Source: the human T2T-CHM13v2.0 reference genome, Homo sapiens. Taken from it: a stretch of 64,000 bases of DNA. The stretch lies in assembly GCF_009914755.1 (NCBI RefSeq), contig NC_060938.1; one strand, written 5' to 3'. The translations under genes were made by a program, and so were the position numbers. Below, piece by piece: positions 38,575-51,830 of the stretch (positions are counted from its first letter, which is position 1; the number at the start of each line of letters is the position of its first letter). The notes below the pieces were generated by a model. That model was not told the DNA's origin and did no database searches. It saw only the letters and a program-made list of their open reading frames with translations.

Positions 38575-38945
38575 GGAGTTTTTACTTCGCAATAAACAAG
38601 AATGAAGTACTAATGCATAATACAATATAAATAAGCGAAAAAATAGGCAAAGTGAAAGAAGCCAATGCAAAAGTTTTCATATTATATGATTTCATTTATT
38701 TGATATATTCAGTCTGGGAAAATCTATAGGGGACCGAAAGTAGATTTGATTTTGCCTGGGGCTATGTATGGGGATGGAGAATGACTGTGAATGTGTACAA
38801 GAGATCATTAAAATGAGGTGGAAATGTTATAAAATTGAATTATAGTACTGTAGTTGCACAACACTGCAAATTCACTAAAAATCATGTTCATTTAAAACAA
38901 ATGAATTTTATGGTATAGAAATTACATCTCAGTAAACTTTTAAAA
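38575..38945 (+). mobile_element. Old L1 3' end (L1MB/ME-like)
   Basis: GAATGAAGTACTAATGCAT...AAGTGAAAGAAGCCA...GAAAGTAGATT...GTTGCACAAC..TG.AAATT.ACTAAAA. Confidence 0.8.
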
Positions 38946-40719
38946 ACCATAGCTATTATTAATATATAATTCATATAGTATATCCCTGACATTGAAATAA
39001 GTGAGTGAAATAAAAGAGAAATTTTATAATAGCATTAGTCATCTACCAAATGGGATTGTACTTCTTCAGAGAAATAGTTAAACAGAACACTAAAATAGAA
39101 CTTCTTTGTTTTTGCTAATTTTCTAGTGGTCTAAAACAGCACTTTTTGGCAATGTATATGTGTATGTGTACATGTTACATTGTCTTAATATAGCTACCAT
39201 TTTTGCTATCAGCACTTTGCATATAGATTTTGTTTTTCTGTGGGAATAGAATTAGATAAATTATCTTCTAATTGGGTAGAAATTCATTACAGATTCTGCA
39301 TTCGTTGTCACAGGGGTGACTTTACTGTCTATATAAGCTTTTCACAGGAGTGAAAAATGACCAAAGTACCCAAGAATGAAGGTGAGCCAATAATGAATGA
39401 GCTTGCTAAACTGGCCTGCTGATTAAAGAGAGCTGTAATTTTCCTAGAGCCATTACCATTTTTTAAAAAATCAATGGAAACAAAAAGATAAATGTGAAGT
39501 GGAGAATACACTGATGCCTATGAACTCTGTGGTTTTTTTGGTTACTTCTAAGTAATATTAATCTTCAAATTATATTATCACAGTAGACTGATGTACATTC
39601 CAAGTTTTATAAATGTCAATTCTGCCATTTTCTCCAAAATATATTTGAAAGAGAAAAGAAAACATATTTCTACTTGTGAAATTGTGATGTGTGATAACTG
39701 TGTGACACTGAAAGTCATATATATCCTTATTCATCCCATACACTTTTCCTAGCAGCCTGTGAGAGTGCTGCACTATCTCACACTGCATAAAATTTCCTCC
39801 ACTGCAATTATTCCTTTGAATTTGTCAACACAATGGGATCATTATTTCCAAAAGGCTCATGGAAAAATGCTAGTGCTATATTAATGAGGAAGTCCTGTAG
39901 CCTTTGTGGAATAGGGTGTTTTCATGTATTCTTTTAGTATAATAGCTAGTTGTCATCTTGGAAGGCACAGATATTGTAGTTTTGTGAGAAATACATATTT
40001 TACTGGGTAGGAGGAAAATTTTAGGTAACAGCCTTGGGAAAAAGGGCTGACCAAGGCTCGTGGTATTCCTCAGCGTTGACCTTGGTACTGAAGAGTTTTA
40101 GAAAGAGAGGTGGTCCCTGAATGAGAATAATGTTTGGTAGTCTGTGCTTGGTGCAAAATATATTACTGAAAAGTATATGAATGATGTTGAAGTTAACAGT
40201 GAAAAGCAATGAACATCAATTTTTTAATTAAAAAAAATCGCACACCACTCATAACAGAAATGCAAATTTGTGTAGATTTTTTCTAAATTCAATTTTAACA
40301 ATTCATTAGTTTTTGAAGGAATTAGATTTGTGCCCATTCTTTAAGAAATGCTATCTATGTAAATGATTTAATTAAATTATCTCAAATAAGGAACATTGAC
40401 TTAGAAAACAACTGAACCTGCACTAAGAAAAGCTTTTCATCTGTACTTATTTAAATATATTACTTAAGAACTCCATTCCGATGTTCAGCTCCCTATACTT
40501 CAAATATATCTTGCAAGTAACTAATTCTTGTAAAAATCAGTAACTGTTATACAAGAAATAAAATGTTCTCCAAGTATCATGCCAAGGCTGTTTTTTATAG
40601 TTAAGGTGGCTAATCAATAATATATGACCACATTTTTTTTTCAGTGACAAATTATATACTTTTTGTTTTATGTTGGTAGTATTCTGTGGTATTATTTCTT
40701 AACAACAGAGTCAATTTTC

Positions 40720-43700
40720 TTTTTTGTTTGTTTTATTTCCAACTTGTATTTTAAGTTCAGGAGTGCATGTGCAGGATGGTTACATAGTTAAATATCTGTC
40801 ATGGTGATTAGCTGCACAGATCATCCCATAAGGTAGGTGTTAAATCCAGGCTCTGTTAACTATTCTTTCTGATGCTCTCCCTCCTCCAATGCCCCAACCT
40901 CTAACAGGTCCCAGTGTCTGTTGTTCCCCCAGATGTTCCATGTGTTCTCATTACTTAGATCCCACTTATGAGTGAGAACATGCTGTATTTGATTTTCTGT
41001 TCCTGTGTTAGTTTGCTGAGGATGATGGCTTCCAGCTCCGTCCATGTCCCTGCAAAGGACATGAGCTTGTTCCTTTATATGGCTGCTTAATATTCCATGG
41101 TGTATATATACCACATTTTATTTATCTGTAATTGATGGGCCTTTTGGTTGATTCCATGCCTTTGCTATTGCGAACAGTGCTGCAATGAACATATGCATAC
41201 ATGTAACGTTGTAATAGAATGATTTATATTCCTTTGGATATGTACCCAGTAATGGGATTGCTGGGTCAAATTTCTGCCTCTCGGTCCTTGAGGAATCACC
41301 ACACTGTCTTCCACAATGGTTGAACTAATTTACACTCCCACCAACAGGGTAAAAGTGTTCCTTTTCCTCCATAACCTCACCAGCATCTGTTTGTTTTGTT
41401 TTGTTTTGTTTTGTTTGTTTGTTTGTTAAACCTTGTAATAGTAGGCATTCTGACTGGTGTGAGATGGTATCTCATTGTGGTTTTGATTTGCATTTCTCTA
41501 ATGATCAGTGATGTTGAGCTTTTTTTTCACATATTTGTTGGCTGCATGTATGTTTTCTTTTGAGAAGTGTCTGTCATGTTCTTTGCCCACTGTTTAATGG
41601 GGTTGTTTGCTTTATTCTTGCAAATTTATTTAAGTTCCTTATAGATGCTGGATAGTAGATCTTTGTCAGATGGGTAGATTGCAAAAGTTTTCTCCCATTC
41701 TGTAAGTTGTTTGTTCACTCTGATGATAGTTTCTTTTGCTGTGCAGAAGCTCTTTAGTTTAGTTAGACCCCATTTGTCAATTTTTGCTTTTGTTGCAATT
41801 GCTTTTGGCATGTTTATCATGAAATCTTTGTTCATAGCTATATCCTCAATGATATAGCTTTGGCTTTATTCTAGAGATTTTTATAGCTTTGGGTTTTATG
41901 TTTAATTCTTTAATTTAACTTGAGTTGATTTTTGTATATGATATAAGGAAGGGGTCCAGTTCAATTTTCTGTACATGGCTAGCTGGTTCTCTCAGCATCA
42001 TTTATTAAATATGGAATCCTTTCCTCCACTGATTTTTTTTGTCAGGTTTGTTGAAGGTCAGATGGTTTTAAATGTGCGGTCTTATTTCTGAGTTTTCTGT
42101 TGTGTTCCATTGGTTATGTGTCTGTTCTTGTACCAGTACCATGCTGTGTTGGTTACTGTAGCCTAGTAGTATAGTTTGAAGTCCTGTAGTGTGAGGCCTG
42201 CAGCTTTTTTCTTTTTACTTAGGATTGTCTTGGCTATTCAGGCTCTTTTTTGGTTCTATATGAATTTTAAAATAGGTTTTTTTCTAATCCTGTGAAGAAT
42301 GTCAATGGTAGTTTAATGGGACTAGCATTGAATCTATAAATTGCTTTAGCCAGGATGGCCATTTTCACGATATTGATTCTTCCCATCCATGAACGTGGAA
42401 TGTTTTTCCATTTGTTTGTGTCATTTCTGATTTCTTTGAGCAGTGGTTTGTAGTTCTCCTCGTAGTGATTTTTGCCTCCTACTTAGCTAGATTCCTAGCT
42501 ATTTTATTCTTTTTTTTGACAATTGCGAATGGGATTTCATTCCTGATTTGGCTCTCAGCTTGACTGTTTTTGGTGCATAGGAATGCTAGTGGTTATTGCA
42601 CATTGAATTTGTATCCTGAGTCTTCACTGAAATTATTTATCAGATGAAAGAGATTTGAGCACAGACTGTGGGGTTTTCTAGATGTAGGATCTTGTCATCT
42701 GCAAACAGGAATAGTTTAACTTTGTCTCTTCCTATTCAGATGCCCATTATTTCTTTTTCTTGCTTGATTGCCCTGGCGAGGATTTCCAATGCTATGTTGA
42801 ATAGGAGTGGTGAGAGAGGACATCCTTGTCTTGTTCCAGTTTTCAAGGGGAATGCTTCCAGCTTTTGCCCATTCAGTATGTTATTGGCTGTGGGTTTGTC
42901 ATATATGGCTCTTATTATTTTGAAGTATATTCCTTCAATACCTAGTTTACTGAGAGTTTTTCACATGAAGGGATGTTGAATTTTATCAAAGTTCTTTTCT
43001 GCATCTATTGAGATAATCATGTGGTTTTTGTCTTTAGTTCTGTTTATATGGTGAATTACATTTATCGATTTGTGTATGTTGAAAATACACAAATGTATGT
43101 TGCATCTTGGTGATAACGCCAGCTTGATTGTGGCTTTTTGTTGTGCTATTGGATTTGGTTTGCCAGTATTTTGTGGAGGATTTTTTCACCAGTGTTCATC
43201 AAGGATATTGGCCTGAAGTTTTCTTTTTTGTTGTATTTCTGTCAGGTTTTGTATTAGAATGATGCTGGCCTCATAAAATGAGTTAGGGAGGAGTTCCTCC
43301 TTTTCAATTGTTTCAATAGTTTCAGTAGGCATGGTACCAGCTCTTCTTTGTCTCTCTGGTAGAATTCAGCTGTGAATCTGTCTGGTTCTGTTTTTGTTGT
43401 TGTTGTTGTTGTTGTTGTTTTAGTTTTGTTTTGTTTTGTTTTTGCTTGGTAGTGTAATTTTTACTGCCGCAATTTCAGAACTTGTTATTGATCTATGCAG
43501 GGATTTAATTTCTTCCTGGTTCAATCTTGGGAGGGTGTATGTGTCCAAGAATGTATCTATTTCTTCTAGATTTTCTAGTCTATATGCACAGACGTATTTG
43601 TAGTATTCTCTGGTGGTTGTTTGTGTTTCTGTGGGGTCAGTGCTGATATCTCTCTTCTCATTTTTGATTATGTTTATTTGATTCTTCTCTCTTTTCTTCT

Positions 43701-43908
43701 TTATTAGTCTAGCTGTCTAGCTAGAGGTCTATTTTATTATTTAAAAAAAAAAAAAAGAAACCCAGCTCCTGGATTTGTTAATTTTTTTGAGGGGTTTTTG
43801 TGTCTATATCTCCTTCAGTTCAGTTCTGATCATGGTTATTTCTTGTCTTCTGCTGGCTTTGGGGTTTGTTTGCTCTTGATCCTCTAATTCTTTTAGTTGT
43901 GATGTTAA
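40720..43908 (-). mobile_element. 5'-truncated L1PA (L1PA13-15-like), no TSD seen
   Basis: 3' end TTTTAAGTTCAGG.GT.CATGTGCAGGATG...GCTGCACAGATCATCCCAT, ORF2 remnant ([25 protein letters not shown]), and internal (TTTTG)n and (TTG)n tracts. Confidence 0.92.
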
Positions 43909-44135
43909 GTATGTCCTTGGCCAGTTTACAGCAAGAATCTTGTTTTGTTAATTTAGCAATAATCTCCCTATCCTTTATGTCTCCCCATACTAATTTTCTA
44001 TTTGCTGACCCCTATGCTCTGCTCATTGGCTCTAATTCACAGCTGATTTCTCTCTGTTATGACAGTACCCTTATTACAATAGTCTTGAATTATGTCTTTC
44101 TTACTGTTTTCACAAATATCAGAATTTGTTTTTTC
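43909..44135 (+). mobile_element. 3' part of an ERV1 LTR (MER31-like)
   Basis: TAATTTTCTATTTGCTGACCCC..CTCTGCTC.TTGGCT...AATAGTCTTGAAT..GTCTTTCTTAC. The CTTTAAC end appears after the next L1 (~45225). Confidence 0.6.
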
Positions 44136-44139
44136 TTTT

Positions 44140-45226
<1,087 letters not shown>

Positions 45227-45499
45227 TTAACCGTTATGTCATTTTGTTCCTGATGCAGATCACCATTGAATATGAAATGTGGCTCTTTCTTTTAGGGATA
45301 CATGTGAAAAGACTTCAGTAATACTATTGCACAGAGGTAAAACTATTACCCCTTATTTGTAAAACAGATAAGATATATCACACTGAAAACTGCAACATAT
45401 TTTCTGAGTTGTTTGTGTATTAGAATTAACAGCTGGAATGGATATTAGAAACAACCTAGCTGAAAGTATTTAATGATCATAACCTTTGAGTTATCACTG

Positions 45500-45610
45500 T
45501 TTTCTATACTCTGTATTCATAAGAATATATTCATGCAACCCTCACAACAGTTTATGTGATAAGTCCTATTATTATGGTCTCAATTTTATTACATAGACAT
45601 AGTGAGCAGT
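45500..45610 (-). mobile_element. MIR fragment
   Basis: CCCTCACAACAG...GTCCTATTATTAT..CTCAATTTTA. Confidence 0.5.
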
Positions 45611-46541
45611 TTTCTGACATCTGTATCCTATATCAGGAAGAGAATGATTCTAAAGAATTTGAAGGAACAGTCATCTCAAGTGAAACAGTAAGAAATGGAT
45701 TCACAGATCCTGGAAGTTAAGAGGACATTTGACACAGCAAAGAATGAAACGTTGGTAATGTGTGTTTGGTGAATTTCCCTCTTCAGTGGAATATAACAGC
45801 CTGCCAATTCCCGGTGAAGAACAGGTTGTCCAAACTAAATTTGTGTCTTCAATTCATGAGGTACTTGATAGTCATTACAGAAGCATACATTTCTCAGCAA
45901 ATCATGTGGGGAAAAATTATGAAGTCCAAAGGAGTCAGGAATAAACCTCTACTAAGTTTCGGAGAAGGAAGCAGTGGAAATTGAAAAAATAGGTGAAAAT
46001 TTTGCATCTTTTTTCAATTCTGTTTGCAAGAGAATAGGTGGATGAAACAATGGGTGAAGAACTATAAAGATAGAAAAGCAAATGATTCTGTTTTTGAAAT
46101 GATGATGAATGAAATAAAAATTAAGAGCATCTTTTATAAAATAAAAATGAATAATTTTAAAAAAGATTTAGAGTAATAAAGATGGCTTTAAATTAAAATT
46201 TTGAAAAGAAGACATACACATTACAGCTAAAACAGCGAAACTAAATATTAATATTAGAAGTATAAACATGCTTGACTTTCTGCCCCCAAATTCCTCAAAT
46301 CACCCTATATCTTCCAACTTAGTGACTTCTACAAAGGTTCTGGGACCAAGCCTTCTCCTAGTTTGATGGAATGGAACAAGTCTTGGACAAGTAGTTTAAA
46401 ATTTCTAAATTAACTTGACTAATATTATTTCTACTTCCCAAATAGACCCTTTCTTATCAAACCTTGTAAACCAATTTCAGTAATTAGACCTAGTTCCTCA
46501 ATCACAGTTTCTGCTTCCGGTGGTCAGCTTTCTTTGCCTAC

Positions 46542-47223
46542 TGTAAGAACAAATACACATTAAAAATAAGAAGTTAATTCTCGCTGTTGAAAATAAGGAA
46601 AGATATTTCCCCTCCTCTCCTTTTCTTAGAATATTTACTTTACAAAAAATTGTAATGATAAGTTCCTTCTATGCATCTTTGAGATGCATGTCTATCTTCA
46701 AAAGCCAAATAACATGGCCAAGTAATGTCTTTTTGAAGGACTTGGGAGCCATCTTTAGACACCAAGGGAGATAACACACATCTCTCTCTCTGTCTTCTTT
46801 TTTTTTTGTGGAAGGATAGGTGCCTACCTTCCACAGATTTCTGGCTCCAAGTTGCAAAACTATCTCCTAATATAAAGATAGAAATTTCACCTCCTATGGA
46901 TAAAGTCTGTTAAATTACACAGATGGTCACCCCATCACCAGATAATTTTAGGTGGGAATTTGTATAACAAATGGGTGCTATCAAGTCCTCTTTTTTCTGG
47001 ACAATTTATTATCTGCCTCAAGAAGATGTAATGAGTTGTATCTGCTTTGTTGTGTGAAGGGTGAGATTTCTTTCCCTCTTTGCAGTCTCTTAGTAGTTTG
47101 CCTGTGATACACATCACATTTTTGTTTAATTCTTACTCAATATATATTTTTTTTCACTTTTATCTTTCTGGAGAGATTTTCTGAGTTGGGAGGAATTTTC
47201 TTTTTAATTTTATTTTTCTAGTA
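46542..47223 (+). mobile_element. ERV1-class solo LTR (subfamily uncertain, MER89/90/92-group-like)
   Basis: Starts TGTAAGAAC, internal TTGAAAATAAGGAAAGAT.TTTCCCCTCC, GCTCCAAGTTGCAAAACTA and GCCTGTGAT.CACATCACAT. 4-bp flanks CTAC/GTAC. Confidence 0.65.
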
Positions 47224-47289
47224 GTACTCTCTGCCTCCAAATTCTGCTGATGCCCCAGCTGTTCATCTAGACTTTCTGCTGTCACCCAA

Positions 47290-47641
47290 TACTATAGTTT
47301 GAATGTATCTCCCAACTTTATGTCTTGGAAACTTAATTCTCAATGCAATAGTGTTAAGCAATGGAGCCCTTAAAAAGTGAGTAGGTAATGTGGGTGTGGG
47401 TTTGTTATCTCAAGAGTGAATTAGTAAAGTGAGTTTGGGCCTCTCTTGATCTCTCTCATTCATGTTCTCTTGCCCTTCACCTCTGCCATGGAATGATGCA
47501 ATAAGAAACCCTTTTGACAGATGCAAGTCCCTCACCTTAGACTGCCCAGCCTCCAGAATCATAAAAAAACAAATCTTTTTTAAGAAATAAATTACCGACT
47601 ATCAGGTCTTCTGTGATAGCAGTACAAAATAAACTAAGATA
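47290..47641 (+). mobile_element. MST-family MaLR LTR
   Basis: TACTATAGTTTGAATGT...TTGGAAACTTAAT.C.CAATGCAA.AGTGTT...CCCAGCCTCCAGAA...AAACTAAGATA. Confidence 0.85.
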
Positions 47642-48113
47642 ACTACTCTAATCTGAATTATTCCTCTACATCCCATTTTGGTCATTCAGCCCTAGTTTTC
47701 ACTAATGAAAACCTATTTGGCACAATATAAAAAACTTATAGAAAAATAAATACTAGTGAAGGTAACAAGAAAAGATAAATAGGGTAGGAAGCAACTAGTA
47801 AAAATTTCTAAATTATAGAATCATGGTAAAATTATTTTAGGGAAACCAAAGCTTACAACTAGTTGAAGCTCGAGTTGAAAAATATAGCTTGGCAACTAAA
47901 TGCTCATATTTAATTCTATGGAAAGCAAGAAGGGGAAAAAAAGAGCATATCTACAGATAGAAATGATAGCAGATGTCATGGAGAAGCGACAATTACTGAA
48001 ATCCTATTTCTTCCATTTTATCCAGTAAGGAGAATGGTCTTGAAAGTATACATAAAAGCATAAACAAAATGTTGAAAAAGTGTTTTCCCATATTAGTTGA
48101 GGATCTCATAATA

Positions 48114-48325
48114 TGTTTTTAAAATTTTTTATTTCCATAGGTTTTGGAGAACAGGTGGTAGTTGGTTACATGAGTAAGTTCTTTAGCAGTGATTTGTGAG
48201 ATTTTGGTGCACCCATCACTCGAGCAGTGTATACTGTACCCAATTTGTTGTCTTTTATTCCTCACCCCCCTCCCACCCTTTCCCCGAGTCCCCAAAGTTT
48301 GTTGTATCATTCTTATGCCTTTGCA
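48114..48325 (-). mobile_element. L1PB1-like 3' fragment with TSD
   Basis: GGAGAACAGGTGGT..TTGGTTACATGAGTAAGTTCTTTAG...GGTGCACCCATCAC. TSD: GAGGATCTCATAATA (48099-48113) / GAGGATCTGATAATA (48327-48341). Confidence 0.9.
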
Positions 48326-49289
48326 AGAGGATCTGATAATAAATTTGCCTACAGTTACCTATCAAATAAATAAAAAATGTTGGGCCCTTAGGAAATTTAG
48401 ATAAATGACCTTGGAACTCAAGTTAGTAATATTTGTGACTTCATGGAGACGGCAAAGAAACCAGAAAACTGGGATATTGGTAAATGTTACACTGATTTAC
48501 TAAAAGGGCAGCTGTTTAAATTGATCCCTGAATATGTTTTCTGAGTACTTATCTGGCAGTAGGTTTGTGAGGCCCTAGAAAAGAATGTGACATGAAGCAC
48601 AAGAATGTGAAAAGAAGCCAATAACAGCTCCAGAGAAAATGTCGTGCCAAATTAACCTCTTTTTGTGTGTTTGTAGTCATGCTGTTATCCAGTTGAGGAG
48701 AGGAATACAATAACATGGTAATTTTTGAAACATTTGACAGAGGATTACAGTATTTGTGTAAGAAGGTAATATGGGTTATGTGTGGTAGGTTAAAGAATTG
48801 AATAGACAATGTTAGATTTTCTGGGACAAAATGGGAAGAAATCTCTAGAGAAATTCTATATTACTTTATTACTTTCTCCTTGGAAGAGCAAAGTTTCAAA
48901 ATTAAAGAAAAATATGATTGTCATAGAATGTGGGTTTTAAATGGAAAGAGATTGCTCAGATAAAAAGCAACAGAGTTTGTACTTGAAATGATTGGAAAAC
49001 TTGGTTGAAACCAGCAAGATGCAATAAAGGCTCACTATTAAATCTTGTATCCCCTCTTCAAGTATATTTCATGGCTTTGGAATCAAAAAATATTAATTTT
49101 ATGGCAATTGATAATTTTGGAAAATGACTATTTGATAGTACGGTTCATACTGTTAGGTTGATCTAATTTCAAAATCTGTTTTTTTTCATTTTCTAGTAAT
49201 TTGGGGGCAGATTAACCTAAGTGGTAATTATTAACAATACTTTAAAAATATTATGCCCTTCTCTTCTCCCTGGAACCCTATGCCTATCT

Positions 49290-49465
49290 CAAGCTTAATC
49301 ATTACCACATTGGAAATGATGTGATTGTTGGATTACTTTTTCTATTACGTGTAAGCTTTTTGATGGTAGGGACTATTGCTTTGTTTGTATCTTGTGCATC
49401 TGATGCAAGCATCATGCTTTGCTTCTGGAATCTGTTTGATAAACGTCTTTGAAACTGAACTGAGC
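49290..49465 (+). mobile_element. L2 3' end
   Basis: TGTAAGCTTT.TGA.GGTAGGGACTAT...GATAAACGTCTTTGAAACTGAACTGA. Confidence 0.6.
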
Positions 49466-49830
49466 CATTAATACATGGCTTTCCCCAAAAACCAACTTCT
49501 TTGATTGGGTTAGTAGAAAGAGACTATCCATACCACTGAAATTAAATGCCTTTCTTTACCCTTTATTGTTAAATTATATCAGCAGCTGTGATTTTAGTTC
49601 TGCAAGTCAAATATGAATAGGAATCTTGATGAATAGCTTACAGAGTAAAGTCACTAGGATGGTAGGAACTCATGAGAGGAATGGTGGAGGAATATATCCT
49701 ATAAAGATATAAATCTAATACTAAAATTCATGGAGAAAGGAAGTTAGACTATGTGTCTGTGTTCCTCAAGGCACTTAATAGGATAAAGGCTCAGCTCAAT
49801 ATTTTAAAGAACTTTGTAAACAAAATATAT

Positions 49831-51270
49831 TGTGGTGGATTTATTGCAAAATGTCTCAATTATTTTCCTCCCTTTTAAAAATCTTTGATCTTCCAGCTTT
49901 GTCTTCTGCTACCTTTTGAATTTGTTTGCTTTTGCTTCTCTAGTTCTTTTAATCGTGATGTTAGGGTGTCAATTTAAATCTTTCCCACTTTCTCCTGTGA
50001 GCATTTAGTGCTATAAATTTTCCTGTAAACACTGTTTTAGCTGTGTCTCAGAGATTCTGGTACGTTGTCTCTTTATTCTCATTGGTTTCAAAGAGCTTCG
50101 TTATTTCTGCCTTAATTTCGTTATTTACCCAGTAGTCATTCAGGAGCATGTTGTTCAGTTGCCACGTAGTTGTGCAGTTTTGAGTGAGTTTCTTAATCCT
50201 AAGTTCTAATTTGATTGCATTGTGGTCTGAGAGGCTGTTTGTTATGATTTCCATAAATTGGCATTTGCTGTGGCGTGTTTTACTTCCAATTATGTGGTTG
50301 ATTTTAGAATAAGTGTTATGTGGTGCGAAGAGGAATGTATATTCTGTTGATTTGGGGTGGAGAGTTCTGTAGATGTCTATTAGGTCAGCTTGGTCCAGAG
50401 CTGAGTTCAAGTCCTGAATATCCTTGTTAATTTTCTGTCTCATTGATCTGTCTAATGTGGACAGTGGGGTGTTAAAGTCTCCCACTATTATTGTGTGGGA
50501 GTCTAAGTCTCTTTGTAGGTCTCTAAGGACTTGCTTTATGAATCTGGGTGCTCCTGTATTGGGTGTATGTATTTAGGATAGTTAGCTCTTCCTGTTGAAT
50601 TGATCCCTTTACCATTATATAATGCCCTTCTTTGTCTTTTTTTCTTTGTTGGTTTAAAGTCAGTTTTATCAGAGATCAGGATTGCAACCCCTGTTTTTTT
50701 TTTTCTTTCCATTTGCTTGGTAAATAGTCTTTCATCCCTTTATTTTGAGCCTATGTGTGTCTTTGCACATGAGATGGGTCTCCTTATAAAAGAAACATAT
50801 GAAAATATCCTTTTCAATGTGAATTTTCAACTCCTGTGTTCAAGAGGCACAGTCTATCTCCATCCCTTGAATCTGAACTGGCCTTTTGACTTGCTTTGTC
50901 TAATAGAATATGGCAGAAGTGACAGTGTATCACTTCCAAGTCTAGTCCTCAAGGAGCCTTCCATACATTCTCTGTCTCTCAACCTCTGTGCCTGCCATGT
51001 GGACAAGCACAAGCTGGCTTGCTGGAGAACAAAAGGTCACGCAGAGTAGAGCTGATCTAGCTGATTCAGCCTAAGAAGCCCTAGACATTTGAAAGTATCC
51101 ATTCCAAATTAACAAACTGATCCACAGCAGCAGCAGCTAATGAAAAATGCATGAGCAAGGCTTTCCATCCTGCAGGTACCCCTAAGACTTGTGAGCTAAT
51201 TAAATATTTGTTGTTTTAAGCTTTTAAATACTGATGGGTTTTTTTCATTCAACAATAGCTAATAAACATA
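49831..51270 (+). mobile_element. MLT1G/H-like MaLR LTR interrupted by an L1 fragment
   Basis: Starts TGTGGTGGATTTATTGCAAAATG and resumes near 50808 with CAATGTGA...CAAGAGG..CCCTTGAATCTG..CTGGCC...GACTTGCTTTG..AATAGAATATGGCAGAAGTGAC, ending CAATAGCTAATAAACA. Confidence 0.82.
49898..50784 (-). mobile_element. Internal L1PA ORF2 endonuclease fragment with no 3' end or tail
   Basis: ORF 50048-50485 (GDFNTPLS...YTF...SDHNAIKL) is the L1 EN domain. It is colinear with ~56315-57205 of the full-length L1. Confidence 0.93.
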
Positions 51271-51528
51271 TGCAATAATGAAATAAGCTACTGCTTATGA
51301 TAATGACCTTGTCTATTTGAATAACACTGGAAATCAATAAACAGCTATCAGGAATGCTGCAGGAAGAAAAATTATATTGGGTAGAAAACATGACAGATGA
51401 TGTTGATTTTCTCTGCACCACAGTTATCTGATTTCTTGAATCCTTACCAACTAATGGGATTATTTACTTAAGACATTATGGAAACAGCCTATCTTATTAT
51501 TGTTCTAATCTTTAAAAAGTAAAGTGTA

Positions 51529-51830
51529 GGCCAGGCGTGGTGGCTCAAGCCTGTAATCCCAGCACTTTGGTAGGCTGAGGCAGGCAGACCACACGCGGTC
51601 AGGAGTTTGAGACCAGCCCCGCCAACATGGTGAAACTCCATCTCTACTAAATAATTCAAAAATTAGCTGGACATGGTGGCACACACCTATAGTCCCAGCT
51701 ACTTGAGAAGGTGAGGCAGGAGGATTACTTGAACCCAGGAGGCGGAGGTTTTAGTGAGCTGAGATGGCGCCACTGCACTCCAGCCTGAGTGACAGAGCGA
51801 GACTCTGTCTCTTCAAAAATAATAATAATA
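51529..51830 (+). mobile_element. Full-length Alu (AluS-like) with TSD
   Basis: GGCCAGGCGTGGTGGCTCA start and (AAT)n tail. TSD: AAAAAGTAAAGTGTA (51514-51528) / AAAAGTTAAAGTGTA (51834-51848). Confidence 0.95.

Larger units (their letters stand above)
45640..49050 (+). mobile_element. Highly decayed L3/CR1 LINE, interrupted by two LTRs and an L1 fragment
   Basis: CR1-like segments AGGGAAACCAAAGCT...GAAAGCAAGAAGG...GAGAAGCGACAATTACTGAAATCCTATTTC (~47839-48010) and AAATGTCGTGCCAAATTAACCTC (~48637). Confidence 0.5.
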
